From a virus, in the IMG/VR virus record IMGVR_UViG_3300046506_000220, positions 18,833-82,832 of that record: 64,000 nt of DNA. One strand, written 5' to 3'. This document shows positions 37,966 through 48,246 of the stretch, piece by piece (the first letter of the stretch is position 1; the number at the start of each line of letters is the position of its first letter). The translations under genes and the position numbers were made by a program. The notes under the pieces were generated by a model. The model worked only from the letters and a program-made list of their open reading frames with translations. It had not been told where the DNA came from and searched no databases.

Positions 37966-38407
37966 TTCGTTGAACCAGTTGAGAGAACATTCTTGAATGT
38001 TCAAGTTTGTAGGGTTCAAGTTCAACCCAGCGTACTGACTTTGCATCGTGCTGGATAAATACCCGAGCCGGGACGACATACCATTGAGGGACGCTCTCGC
38101 GTCTGATCCAGAAGTAATACATGCCATCCGCCGCAATAACCTGACGGCACGCGGCCCACTGCGCCTTCCTGATCATTGAAAATGAAAATGAAGGTTCACT
38201 GAGGGTGCTTTTCACTTCGGAGTAAAACGTGTAGCCATCCCAGGTGACAAGATAGTCAGCGGGCTGGGCATCCTTGAAGGACGCGGACACGCCCGACTCG
38301 CCACGCACATGCGCGGTGTCGGTCAGGCGCTGGACGTACGCGCGCTTTCCGAAAGGTGCGAAGAAGGAAACGAATTCCGACTCCGCATCTTTCCAGATGC
38401 TCGTCAT
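37958..38407 (-). CDS. PD-(D/E)XK nuclease, RecU-like Holliday junction resolvase
   Basis: PADYLV..YSEVKST..FSFSMIRKAQ. Confidence 0.7.
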   Translation of the reverse strand: MTSIWKDAESEFVSFFAPFGKRAYVQRLTDTAHVRGESGVSASFKDAQPADYLVTWDGYTFYSEVKSTLSEPSFSFSMIRKAQWAACRQVIAADGMYYFWIRRESVPQWYVVPARVFIQHDAKSVRWVELEPYKLEHSRMFSQLVQRND

Positions 38408-38477
38408 TTTCTTTGTGTTTACCGTGGTGGTGGTGTACGCAAAGTATAGCGAGCGTGAACCGTTTCGGTATCCTTTT

Positions 38478-41168
38478 TTATGCCGATACCACTTCGGCTT
38501 CATCGACCAGGATGTAATTCAGGATCGCCTCGCGCTCCTCTGCAGTGGCCCGTTGTTCCCACCGGTCTTCCGCCACGCATGGCACACCCTTCTGGATCTC
38601 CATCAGCTCGATCATCCCGCTCGGCGCCTTCTCCAGATCCCACGGCTGCATCGTCTTGCCGATCGCGAGTGATGAGTCGAGCTTCAGGGTGTTGAAGAGA
38701 CCCCGCGGCTTGATCATCTCATCGTACAGCGTGTCGCAGAACCTCAGCACCTGCGAACGGGGCACGGAGTAAACCAGTTCGTCGTGGATCAGCAGGTAGA
38801 AGCGCGCGCGGAAACCTTCAAGCTTGATACGGGCCTTCATCGCAATCATGGTCTGCTTCGACAGTGCCGCGACCAGCCCCTGCACCTTCGCGTTGACCGC
38901 CTGGTTGCCGGCGCGGCGGTTGACCTTTTTGATCACCAGCTCACCGAACGCGGCAATCGCCGGGATCCCATAGGCCTCGAACTTGGCGCGCATCAGGTTG
39001 ATCCACTCATAGGTCGCTTCGAACCGGTCGCGCCGGTGATGGTCGGGCAGCTCGACATAACCCTGGTCGCGGGCCTCCTGAATCGTGTCGACGCGCCACT
39101 GCTCGGCGACCGCAAAGGTGGCGCGGTACCGGTCGGTCATCTCCCACATGAACTCGCTCGACCAGCCGAGCGCTTCACCCGTGGTGCCGAGCGCGCCGGA
39201 GTACCAGTAACCAAAATTCGCTGGCTTGCCGATGTCCTTGCGCAGCTGCTTCCTGTCCTCGCGGGCGTTGTACTCCTCCTCGCTGATGCCCATCAGACCC
39301 GTCACGGCACGCTTGTGCAGGTCGTCGTGCGGCCGGTGGTCATAGGCCTGCGCAAAGGCGGGGTCGCCCGAGTACTCGCCGATCGTCACCAGCTCGACGG
39401 CCGACCAGTCAGCCGACACCAGCACGTGCTCCTCGCCCCCGGCGTCGTCGTCGTCGGCCTCGTAGAAGCCGCGCACGTACACGCTCTCGCCAAACTTGCT
39501 CAGCTGCTGGCCGTTGGGGGTGGCCATCGCGCTGCGGCGCGTGGCCAGCATCGACGACAGCACCGGGTACACGCGGCCCGTATCCGGGTCGACCAGGCGC
39601 AGGTAGGGCGTCAGATACAGCTTCATGCGCTGCGCGATGCTGGCCATCTCCCTGAAGGTCCTGAACACCGTCAGGCCCGCCTCGTAGCGCTCGATGTCAC
39701 GCATGGCCACGCTCTCGCCGCGCGCGGCGAGCTTGATGTGCGCGTGGATCTCGCCCTTCCCGTCGAGCACCGCGTCGCCCCACAGCTCGCGATGCTTCCT
39801 GATCCAGCGGCGCTCCAGCTCCTGCCGGCAGTCGTCATCACTTTGCGTCTTGCCGTCGGCCTGCATGTACGAGCCGCGCAGCAGGTCGTAGAGGACCGTG
39901 CGCATCGGCATGTAGTGCACGAGGTTCACGCCCGTGGGCTCGCGCATCCTGCGCTCGGTGGCCCAGGCGTTCGACACGGGGCTGCGCACCTGCATGCACT
40001 GCGCGAAGTCGTCGTCGCTGTCGGCCGTGCTGGCCCAGTCCTCGATCTGCCTGCGGTACTTCCGGAAGCCCTCGCTGCCCTTCACCGGGTCCACATACCA
40101 CCTGTCGTACTTCGCCAGCTTCTCGTGCGGCTCGTCCCCGAACGGCAGCAGCGTGCGGATCGCGGCCTTCATGATGCGCAGGTTGCGCGCCTCGTTTTCA
40201 CGCTCGAGCGCACGCCGCTCGAACACCGCGCGCGCGTTGAGCTTGATGCCGTGCTGCCACACTTCGGACGCCTCGCGCACGAAGGGCATCTCCTGCGTCA
40301 TGAACGTGTCGAACACCGGGGGGTTGGTTTCCATGATGTACTGGAGCACGCGGTGGAAAAGCCGCATGCACCACCAGGCGTCATCCACGCCGTACTCAAA
40401 GGTTTCCTCGCCGGTCAGCTGTCCCATGTGCACGCGAGCGCCAAGCGTCTCCTCGTAGGTCGCCATGCGGTAACCGAACCAGCTCTCGACCGCGCGCTTG
40501 AGGTCATAGCCGATGCGGATGCCCGCGACGTAGCCGTTGTAGCTATGTGCGGCCGTCGACTCCTTGGCGCAGACCTTGTAGAGCAGATCCTCCTGTTCGG
40601 CCGTCATCGGCATGCCCTGCTCGTAGCCCGCGAACACACGCGCCACGGCCGGCAGCAGCTTCTCGATGCCACCCAGACCCGGTTCACGGAACCGGTCCTT
40701 GAAGTAGGTGTCGGGTGAATACGCCGACACGCACAGCTGCAACGTGCAGATGACGCGCTCACCCAGCTCGAAGCCGAGCGACTTCATCATCATCGTCCAC
40801 TCGAAGTTCGCGTTATGAATGACCCAGTACGCATCCTCGGCCTTCGCAACAAGCAGCGCGCGCGCCTCTTCCCACGGCACGCGGTTCTCGATGTCCGCGT
40901 GCATCAGGTTGATGTAGTAGCCCGCCGCGTTTTCATCGGGGTAGAGCGAAAAGCCGCACACATCGGTGCGGTTCACGTCGAACACGAGCCGCGTTGAGGC
41001 GGACTTGCGCCCCTCGTCATCGGTCTTCAGGAATTCGTTCAGGCCCGCGTGACGGCGGGAGTCTTCCGTTTCAATGTCGAAGCCGATAAAGCCGGCCGCG
41101 GCAACCTCCGCGATGATCCTGGGTGCGATCTCGTGGAAGTTGCGCGCGTCAACGAGGACCTTGTCCAT
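38478..41168 (-). CDS. polA: Family A DNA polymerase with 3'-5' exonuclease
   Basis: Exonuclease motifs FDIETE and HNANFE. Motif A SADWSAVEL, motif B RKDIGKPANFGYWY, motif C IHDEL. Confidence 0.93.
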   Translation of the reverse strand: MDKVLVDARNFHEIAPRIIAEVAAAGFIGFDIETEDSRRHAGLNEFLKTDDEGRKSASTRLVFDVNRTDVCGFSLYPDENAAGYYINLMHADIENRVPWEEARALLVAKAEDAYWVIHNANFEWTMMMKSLGFELGERVICTLQLCVSAYSPDTYFKDRFREPGLGGIEKLLPAVARVFAGYEQGMPMTAEQEDLLYKVCAKESTAAHSYNGYVAGIRIGYDLKRAVESWFGYRMATYEETLGARVHMGQLTGEETFEYGVDDAWWCMRLFHRVLQYIMETNPPVFDTFMTQEMPFVREASEVWQHGIKLNARAVFERRALERENEARNLRIMKAAIRTLLPFGDEPHEKLAKYDRWYVDPVKGSEGFRKYRRQIEDWASTADSDDDFAQCMQVRSPVSNAWATERRMREPTGVNLVHYMPMRTVLYDLLRGSYMQADGKTQSDDDCRQELERRWIRKHRELWGDAVLDGKGEIHAHIKLAARGESVAMRDIERYEAGLTVFRTFREMASIAQRMKLYLTPYLRLVDPDTGRVYPVLSSMLATRRSAMATPNGQQLSKFGESVYVRGFYEADDDDAGGEEHVLVSADWSAVELVTIGEYSGDPAFAQAYDHRPHDDLHKRAVTGLMGISEEEYNAREDRKQLRKDIGKPANFGYWYSGALGTTGEALGWSSEFMWEMTDRYRATFAVAEQWRVDTIQEARDQGYVELPDHHRRDRFEATYEWINLMRAKFEAYGIPAIAAFGELVIKKVNRRAGNQAVNAKVQGLVAALSKQTMIAMKARIKLEGFRARFYLLIHDELVYSVPRSQVLRFCDTLYDEMIKPRGLFNTLKLDSSLAIGKTMQPWDLEKAPSGMIELMEIQKGVPCVAEDRWEQRATAEEREAILNYILVDEAEVVSA

Positions 41169-41359
41169 CAGCCGATCCTCTTCACGCGATGGAACAGCGA
41201 ATCGAGCATGATCAGGCTCACCCGCCCGTCCATGCGCAGATCCTCGTTCTCGTAATGGACCGTGTCATCCAGCACCTGCGTGACGACGTGCACGTTGCCG
41301 GTTCGCTTGCAGCGGATGAGCTGCCCCGGCTGCGGGAGTTGGGGTAGTTCGTCGGTCAT
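41168..41359 (-). CDS. Small hypothetical protein
   Basis: Coupled between the 5'-3' exonuclease and polA. Confidence 0.55.
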   Translation of the reverse strand: MTDELPQLPQPGQLIRCKRTGNVHVVTQVLDDTVHYENEDLRMDGRVSLIMLDSLFHRVKRIG

Positions 41360-42141
41360 ATCATGAACTCCGTGAGGATCTCGTTCATCTTCTGGTCGTC
41401 TGGCACCCCAACGACCAGGTGCCGGGTGATCAGCGCTTCATCAACATCGAAGAAGCCGATGATCTCCCACATGCCCCTGAGCGCGGCGTCATTGCCTGGC
41501 GTCCTGAGCCAGTTCAGTGCGCGGCAGTCATTGATGCCCAGCGCCTCGCCTTCCGCGTCCCAGTCGGGCGTCGCACCTTCGGTGAAGAACTGCATCCAGC
41601 GCGCCCGGTCACACCGCTCCCAGGACTTCTCACCGAAGAACGGGAGGCCTGTGATCTTGTCCGCGTTATCCCCCACCAGCGCCTTGTACAGACGCACTTC
41701 AGTCCAGTCTGTGTTTTCGTAGCGGATGTTCTCGCGCCCGACGATCTGCGTGTGCCTGCCATCACACAGCGCGAGCATGTCGCCATCGGTCGAGTGGATG
41801 CGGATCGCGTCCGCGATCGGCGCATACAGCCGGTGCAGCTTGGCGATCACGTCGTCCGCCTCCCAGCCGGGGATCTCCAGTGACATGCAGCGCGTGGCCG
41901 GCAGCACCTGCTTGAACAGGTCCATCGTCCGGTAGAACACGTCAGAGGCCCTCGCGCGGCCGACCTTGTAGCCGGGATACAGCGCGCGGCGTCGCGCCTT
42001 CGCGTTGTAGCCGTCCCAGACGAACAGGATCGGGTCGAAGCGCGGATAGGCGTTCAGCTCGAACAGGTAGGCGCGGATCGAGCCGTAGGTTTCGAAGTTG
42101 ATGCGGAAGATGTTGTTGCCATCGATGATATGAAACGGCAT
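41356..42141 (-). CDS. 5'-3' exonuclease (flap endonuclease)
   Basis: IIDGNN, FVWDG, YPGYK, WEADDVIA, STDGD and LVGDNADKI. Confidence 0.92.
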   Translation of the reverse strand: MPFHIIDGNNIFRINFETYGSIRAYLFELNAYPRFDPILFVWDGYNAKARRRALYPGYKVGRARASDVFYRTMDLFKQVLPATRCMSLEIPGWEADDVIAKLHRLYAPIADAIRIHSTDGDMLALCDGRHTQIVGRENIRYENTDWTEVRLYKALVGDNADKITGLPFFGEKSWERCDRARWMQFFTEGATPDWDAEGEALGINDCRALNWLRTPGNDAALRGMWEIIGFFDVDEALITRHLVVGVPDDQKMNEILTEFMI

Positions 42142-42162
42142 ACAGGCCCTCCCGGAACGAAG

Positions 42163-42196
42163 AAAAGCCGCAGGCCTGGGTATCAGCCTGCGGCTT
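42163..42196 (-). terminator. Putative terminator after the ssb-like gene
   Basis: AAGCCGCAGGC..GCCTGCGGCTT stem with a short T tract on the minus strand. Confidence 0.6.
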
Positions 42197-42215
42197 GCGT
42201 GGAACGCAGCGACGC

Positions 42216-42923
42216 TTACGCGTGCTCTTCCGAGTAGACGCCGAGCGGCTCAAACGTCATGACGCCCCACTCGTTGCCTTCCTTGTTCTTCATCTTCCGG
42301 AAGCTGACCTGCACCTCGACCTGCTGGTCGAGCAGGCCCTCGGCAGTGGCCTTGTTGTAGAAGTCGCGCCACTCGCGAAAGCCGGTGGTCGAGGTGGCGT
42401 AGCCCACGCGCTGACCCTTCTTCGCCAGCACAACCTTCTTCGGCGACACGACGTCCTCGGTGAGGACCATCGGGATGTCAACGGCCGAGTACGGCCTGGC
42501 CTTGTTATCGAGGCTGCAGGCGCGCTCGATTGCCGCCGACCACGGAATGCCCTTGTCGGACATCACGCCGTCGTAGGTCGACCAGTACTGCGCCGGGTTG
42601 CCCGCCTTGATCGAGTACTTGGGCGAGAAGCCCACGCCATCGGTCATGTCGATGATGGCGACGAACGTCGAGATCAGCTCGTCCGACTGCCCGAAGATCA
42701 GGCCGAACTCCTTGACCTTGACCCACAGGTCGACGTTCATGCCACCCGTCATCAGCTGCTCCATCGACACCTTCTTGCCGGGGGGCAAGGCAGCGGCAAC
42801 GGCGGTGCTGGCTGCCGGGACGACAGCGGTGCCAGTGACAGCGGTGGTGCCCGCAGCAGCGGTGGCGACCGTGCCAGCGGCGGCCTGGGCTTTTGCAATT
42901 GCTTCCTGAATTTTGTCAGTCAT
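42216..42923 (-). CDS. Hypothetical protein, possible ssDNA-binding protein
   Basis: Position in the replication cluster, flexible N-terminus and beta-rich core. Function inferred from context only. Confidence 0.45.
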   Translation of the reverse strand: MTDKIQEAIAKAQAAAGTVATAAAGTTAVTGTAVVPAASTAVAAALPPGKKVSMEQLMTGGMNVDLWVKVKEFGLIFGQSDELISTFVAIIDMTDGVGFSPKYSIKAGNPAQYWSTYDGVMSDKGIPWSAAIERACSLDNKARPYSAVDIPMVLTEDVVSPKKVVLAKKGQRVGYATSTTGFREWRDFYNKATAEGLLDQQVEVQVSFRKMKNKEGNEWGVMTFEPLGVYSEEHA

Positions 42924-43077
42924 GATTTTGATCCTTAGCCAGTTTAAGTTTGATATCGCCCTACCTCACCCCCGTGGTGGAGGGGGTGAGTCCGAAGATA
43001 TTATCTTCGAACTTCTAACGATTCAACCTGTTTTATCTGATAGATCAGGCTGAATGTGTGCTGTCTCACAGTCCCCT

Positions 43078-44517
43078 TCAGGAGACGTCATTCATGGCCA
43101 TTTTGCGGGCCGGCGCGGCGCTTTTGTCGAACATCGTCTGCTGCTCCTGCCGGCGTTGTTCGGACAACGAGAAGACTTCTTTTGACGGGTCAACCAGATG
43201 CGCGTCGCGTGATTTCTGTTCAACGATCTGGAAGATGCGCTGATCAATCGAATGCCGGTATTCCAGCAGGTAGATCAGCAGCGACTTCTCGCGTTTGCCA
43301 CGGATGCCCCGTCGATAGGCCTGCACGAAGCTGTCATCCATGTAGTTCAGCGACGTGAACACCATCGTGTGCAGGTGCTGCCAGTTAAAGCCCACGCCTG
43401 CTGTATCGGTGGAGGCCACCACGCAGTCAAGCAGGCCACTGCGGAACTGGTTATCGATCACCGCACGGCGGGCCGACGATACATTGCCGTTGATGAGCGC
43501 GGTGCGCAGCCCCATCGAGCTGGCGAGGCGCCCGATCCGTTCCTGCTCGGGAATGAGCGCGGCGAACACCGCGAGCGGCTCGCCCGACTGCACCGCATCG
43601 GCCAGATGGATGATCAGGCGTTCGTCCTTGCCGGTACGCTCGCCCGCAGCCAGCCCGAACGATTCCGGGTGGGCCATGATCTGGCGACAGCGCATCGCGT
43701 TCAGAGCCGGCGACTCGCCGTTGAGGAACGAATCCTCCAGCTCGACGAGCGCCTTCTCTTCCATCTCGTCATACGCCGCACGCTGTTTCGGCGACATGTC
43801 GCACAGCTCGGTAACGATCACCTTGGCCTCAGGCCCGTGGATCTCCTCAAACGTGTGACGTACCGCTATCTTCGAAAGCACGGCCCCAAGGTGCGCATGG
43901 TTCTGCCAGCCGATCGTCTTGCCGGATGCGTCGGTGACCCGGTGGTAGTTCAGAAAACCGTTGAGCGTGCCGTAGAAACGCGGCTCGATCGCCTCCAGCA
44001 CCGGGTAGGCACTCGAGATCTTTCCCTTGATGATGGTCCCCGTCATGCCGACGAAGTACGACAGGGTCTTCATCGCCTGGAGGAACGCCTGCGTACGCTT
44101 CGCGTTGTAGCCCGACCAGCCGAGGTGGATCTCGTCGCCAACCAGCGCGGCCAGCTCCGGGTGCCAGCTCTTCATGCGTTCCCAGTCGTCGCCAAAGCGC
44201 TCGAAGCCCATCAGGAACACCTTCGCCTGCGGGTTGCGCATCTGGCGCTCGCGCCGCGCCTTGTCGCCGTCGATGATCTGGACGTCGTCTTTCGTGAAGC
44301 GCGTGAACTCCAGGATCTCATCCCGGTTCTTGCGCAAGAGCGACATCGGCATCACGAAGAACGACTTCACGCCCTTCTCATGCCACAGGTAGTCCATGTA
44401 GACCACCGCGCTGCCCGTCTTCTGGCACGCCGGATCGCTCAGGTTCAGGCACCTGGGCGTCATCATGTAAAACGTCAGGTCCGCGATCTGGTGATCGCGA
44501 AGTGCTTTCTTTTCCAT
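43078..44517 (-). CDS. SNF2-family helicase
   Basis: LRDHQ, DPACQKT, DEIH, MTGT, AGVGFN and QAYRRGIR. Confidence 0.88.
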   Translation of the reverse strand: MEKKALRDHQIADLTFYMMTPRCLNLSDPACQKTGSAVVYMDYLWHEKGVKSFFVMPMSLLRKNRDEILEFTRFTKDDVQIIDGDKARRERQMRNPQAKVFLMGFERFGDDWERMKSWHPELAALVGDEIHLGWSGYNAKRTQAFLQAMKTLSYFVGMTGTIIKGKISSAYPVLEAIEPRFYGTLNGFLNYHRVTDASGKTIGWQNHAHLGAVLSKIAVRHTFEEIHGPEAKVIVTELCDMSPKQRAAYDEMEEKALVELEDSFLNGESPALNAMRCRQIMAHPESFGLAAGERTGKDERLIIHLADAVQSGEPLAVFAALIPEQERIGRLASSMGLRTALINGNVSSARRAVIDNQFRSGLLDCVVASTDTAGVGFNWQHLHTMVFTSLNYMDDSFVQAYRRGIRGKREKSLLIYLLEYRHSIDQRIFQIVEQKSRDAHLVDPSKEVFSLSEQRRQEQQTMFDKSAAPARKMAMNDVS

Positions 44518-45237
44518 TCAGGCAGACCTCCCCCGTGGTGCCGGCAGGTCCGACAGCGGGTCCTCGCGGCGCGCGTAGCGGCGCAAGGCGGTCATGCCGA
44601 GCGCCTCGAGCGGCAGGGAGATGATGGGGCTCTCCTCGCCGGCCAGCAGCGTCGAGCGGATGCGTTGCGCGGGCTTGCGCACGATGAGGTCGGCGGTGCC
44701 CGTGATCACCACCCGGCGCGGGGTGGTCAGGCACTGGTTGGCGACCTCATCGATCAGCCGCTGGTGCTTCGGATTCGCCTGCGTGAGCACCAGCGGCTGC
44801 ACGTTGGTGCGGGTCAGCTCGGTGCGCAGGTCGGTGGCGGTGAAATGCCAGATCGGGCGCACGATCGGCGCGATCGGACTGCTCATGCGCGAGAGCGACA
44901 GCAGGATCACGTTCATCTCGTCGTTGGTGTCCTCGAGGATGAACACGCCCGCTTCAAGCGCATCTTTCGGCAGCGGCAGCATGGCCTTCACCAGGGGGTC
45001 GGTCACGAGCTGCTGGAACTGTTTCCAGTGGCTCGCATCCGGCACCACGGCACTCACCGGAAACAGATGGTTGCAGGGCAGGCGCCGGGGTGTCTGCACG
45101 ACAAAGGGCGAGGCCTGCTTCAGCGACAGGAAATTGGTGGCCGCGCGCCCCTGATGCAGATAGGCGATGCCGTCTGCCGTCCAGTGGATGCCGTAGAGCG
45201 GCACCGCGATCTTCTCTTCAACCGCAGCAGCAGTCAT
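44518..45237 (-). CDS. Hypothetical protein
   Basis: Adjacent to the helicase, in the operon. Confidence 0.6.
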   Translation of the reverse strand: MTAAAVEEKIAVPLYGIHWTADGIAYLHQGRAATNFLSLKQASPFVVQTPRRLPCNHLFPVSAVVPDASHWKQFQQLVTDPLVKAMLPLPKDALEAGVFILEDTNDEMNVILLSLSRMSSPIAPIVRPIWHFTATDLRTELTRTNVQPLVLTQANPKHQRLIDEVANQCLTTPRRVVITGTADLIVRKPAQRIRSTLLAGEESPIISLPLEALGMTALRRYARREDPLSDLPAPRGRSA

Positions 45238-45631
45238 GGGGAAAAAGCTCCGAAAGTGTCTTGTGCGTGTAGGTGCAGATGTCCATCAGGTCGGTGAGCG
45301 TGACGTCATAGCGGCCACCCTCGACGGCGGCGACCTTGTGCACGGTCCAGCCCAGGCGCGCGGACGCTTCCTGGCGCGTGTGCCTCATCTCGATCGAGCG
45401 GCACAGCACCAGCTGCTCGCCCAGGCGCTCATGTGGGCGACCCAGCGATGGCCTGAGGAATTTCTCTGTCCGAAGCCGGGATCCCGCCTTGACCCCCTGC
45501 TCCCTGATGATCAGCCGGATCGTGGCTTCCGACAAGGAAAAGGAGCGTGCGAGCGCCGAGGCGGTTTCTCCGGACGAGTACAGATCCGCGATCTGTCGAT
45601 CGCGGTCGGCCTTGTCCATGTCAACCATCAC
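45218..45631 (-). CDS. Double-HTH transcriptional regulator (Mor-like plus XRE-like)
   Basis: RDRQIADLYSSGETASALARSFSLSEATIRLI and TRQEASARLGWTVHKVAAVEGG. Confidence 0.7.
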   Translation of the reverse strand: MMVDMDKADRDRQIADLYSSGETASALARSFSLSEATIRLIIREQGVKAGSRLRTEKFLRPSLGRPHERLGEQLVLCRSIEMRHTRQEASARLGWTVHKVAAVEGGRYDVTLTDLMDICTYTHKTLSELFPHDCCCG

Positions 45632-45855
45632 ACTTTCGTGAACGGATAGGCCTCGGGATGTTTCCTGATCAGGCGCGCGAAGGCGCTGCCGAACGAGTCA
45701 GCCGTGACGAGTTCATCGACGACTGCCTGCGGGACGTTGCTGTACTGGTACTCGTCGCCGTGCTTCACGAACACGATGTTGAGCAGCTGGGCGCCTGCAT
45801 CGTAGGCGTACGAAGCAATCTGTGACGACGTCACAGCGATATGGCCAGTTTTCAT
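45628..45855 (-). CDS. KTSC-domain protein
   Basis: VTSSQIASYAYD..LNIVF..YQYSNVP..ADSFGSAF. Confidence 0.88.
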   Translation of the reverse strand: MKTGHIAVTSSQIASYAYDAGAQLLNIVFVKHGDEYQYSNVPQAVVDELVTADSFGSAFARLIRKHPEAYPFTKV

Positions 45856-45918
45856 GTTGATCCCTGTGTGTTATCGGACATCGTCAGCCGTGGTGTTGCT
45901 GGTCGATGCCGTGTTCAG

Positions 45919-46466
45919 TCAGCCTTTAACCTTCGTGCGGCGCAGCTCGTTGCGCAGGGCCTTCAGCTTGCGCTGCTGGTCCCGGTCCAGCCGCCCGGAG
46001 TCGAGCAGGTTCTTCGCCGCCGCATACCAGATGGCGCGCGTGACCGGCCGGCCGGGGTCAAGCCCGTCCTTCTTCACCGTGATCGTGCCCGACCGGCGCA
46101 GGCCCGCACCCGTCGTCATCATCGCGTTGAACGCGGCCTGCGGGTCAGCGTACGGATCAGGTGTCACTCGCAGTCCTCACGAAAAACCCCCACGATGGCC
46201 GGCGATTCGTGGTGTTGTCCGAACCAGACGCCGTCGGCCAGCTGGTCATTGACAAGGGTCTGCAGCTCCTCCCACAGGATCACGCCCGTGCTGTTCCAGA
46301 ACGGGTCATCACTGTTGCGGATCGCACGGTTCAGACCCAGCGCCAGGTACTTGTCCTTCAGCTCGACGAACGCGTCGATATCGACCCTGATCAGGATGGT
46401 CAGGCCCACATCGACGATGTCGCGCAGGTGCGTGCTGCTGGCACGGATCTCGAGGACGGGCGTCAA
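45919..46466 (-). other. Two small hypothetical genes (45919-46167 and 46164-46466)
   Basis: Coupled ORFs in the minus-strand operon. Confidence 0.5.
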
Positions 46467-46662
46467 GGTCTATCTCGTCACCACCACCCCTCGCGGCAGG
46501 AACGCCAGCGGGAAGGTGTGATAGTCAACCACGGCCCCCATCACCTTCAGATGGCGCATCGTCATCTGCCATGCCGCGCAGCTCACCGTCGAACTGAAAA
46601 AGCGCTGGCGATGGCTGCCGTCCAGGTAATGCGTGAACATGGTGAACTGCGTGATCGCCGGG

Positions 46663-47205
46663 TTACCCGGCGAGATGTTCTTTGCCGATGGCACGGAGTA
46701 CCTCCTTGATAAGTTCGGGCGGAAAGTCCGCCATATACGGGTGATCCTGCACGTCGCCAAAACATCGTGGTGCACTGGTTGCCAGTTGCGACTCCAGCAG
46801 CTCCTCACAGTCCCGGCGCAGGGCGGCCAGCGGGTTGGCCGGCATGGCCCCGCCCACCCGACGCGGGGCACGCCTGTCTTTCAGCAGCCAGTGCGTCGGG
46901 TTGCAGCACAACGTGAGTCCGCAGGTGTTGATCAGCCGGAAGTGCTCCGATTTCGGCACCTCCTGCGTCGCCCACCGGTACACCACCCGATGCACCACCT
47001 CACGCTTGCCGCGACCGGTCTTCACGAGGCCGTACGCGTCCACCCGCACCGGCACGTAGAAGCCACGGTAGTCACGGTCACGCACCAGCTGCCGGCGCAG
47101 ACCCGCCCTGGTACGGGCACCCGTCCACGGCCAGCAGACGTCGTCGACGCCGAAGTTCTCGATACGGTCCCTGATGCGCCCGACGATATCGTCGAGCGCG
47201 CTCAC
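46663..47205 (-). CDS. HNH/His-Cys endonuclease-like protein
   Basis: CWPWTGA, AYG, VHRVVYRW and CGLTLCCNPTH. The catalytic His appears to be replaced (LINTC). Confidence 0.65.
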   Translation of the reverse strand: MSALDDIVGRIRDRIENFGVDDVCWPWTGARTRAGLRRQLVRDRDYRGFYVPVRVDAYGLVKTGRGKREVVHRVVYRWATQEVPKSEHFRLINTCGLTLCCNPTHWLLKDRRAPRRVGGAMPANPLAALRRDCEELLESQLATSAPRCFGDVQDHPYMADFPPELIKEVLRAIGKEHLAG

Positions 47206-47356
47206 GGTGGTGAGGGGGAAGGAGTGGCCAGTTTCATTGATGACATTCCTGTCAGTGGGTCGAACGTCCGTGGTGGTGAGCTTTGCTGCCGTGACAGCAG
47301 GCGTCGACCTGCGCGCGCTGTCAGGAAAGCCGCGTCGCGAGACGCGGCCCTTTGCG

Positions 47357-47764
47357 TCAGTTCTTGATCAGGGTCGGGTGCAGCTTGAAGTGCCGTGACA
47401 GATACGTCAAGACCGAATCGCCCTCTTCCGTGAGGTTCTCGAGCAGCTGCTCCTCGGTGATCATGGGCGGGAGCGTCTTCGCTTCAGCGGCCACGTTACC
47501 GTCTTGCGTCACGGCGGGGATGGTGTGGCTTTCAGCGCCCTTGAACAGCAGCGCGATGACCTGCCTGAGCGATGCCTCGCGTTCCGATACGAACGCCACG
47601 CGCACGCGTTCGAGTTCCGCGAATCTCGCTTCATCCGCAGCGGTCCAGTTCGTGCGCGCTTTCGGCGCCCCACGCAATGCGCGTGGTGAAACACCGTCGT
47701 TGCCCCCCTTCCTCTTCGATGCGGAATCGGGATTCTTGGCGCTGTTCGTCATAGCTGCTTCCAT
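47357..47764 (-). CDS. Hypothetical protein
   Basis: First ORF after the 47.8-48.2 kb intergenic region. Confidence 0.55.
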   Translation of the reverse strand: MEAAMTNSAKNPDSASKRKGGNDGVSPRALRGAPKARTNWTAADEARFAELERVRVAFVSEREASLRQVIALLFKGAESHTIPAVTQDGNVAAEAKTLPPMITEEQLLENLTEEGDSVLTYLSRHFKLHPTLIKN

Positions 47765-48246
47765 GTTTGAGTTCCGTAAAAGTTAAAGGGTTAAACGCCA
47801 GCAGCAGGCCAATGCTGGCGCCACGGTTCACGGCCCTTCTCCATGAAGGGCCGTTTAAAACAGCTGCGTTACTTCCACTGCGATGTGGTGGTGAGCGATT
47901 GGGGTCCCTGTAACACTTTCCAGCAAAGTCAACTCGCATAGGCAAGAAATGCCCGCCCCTCGATTTATTGATCGTTATTGTTTAAGGCTCAATGCAAATT
48001 CATTGTCACAAAGGATTGCGCCGTTACCGCGCGCCGCTGTAATGCCGGCACCGGCAGTGGTGTGGTGCAATCTGTGGTGGAAACTTTACTCCTCTATGAA
48101 CCGGAGTGGCGAAAAATCAAACCGAGTTGAATCCGGATTTTTCATGCGGCATTGCAGCAGGAATGCCAGCGGGCGGGAATGATTGTAATAAAACGTATCA
48201 AAATGTAAACCGATATTGCCTCCGGCCTATAAAACATGTAGCACCG

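Noticed and set aside
38784-45297. Long plus-strand ORFs (644 and 681 aa) opposite polA and the helicase
   Set aside because: Antisense shadows caused by high GC3.
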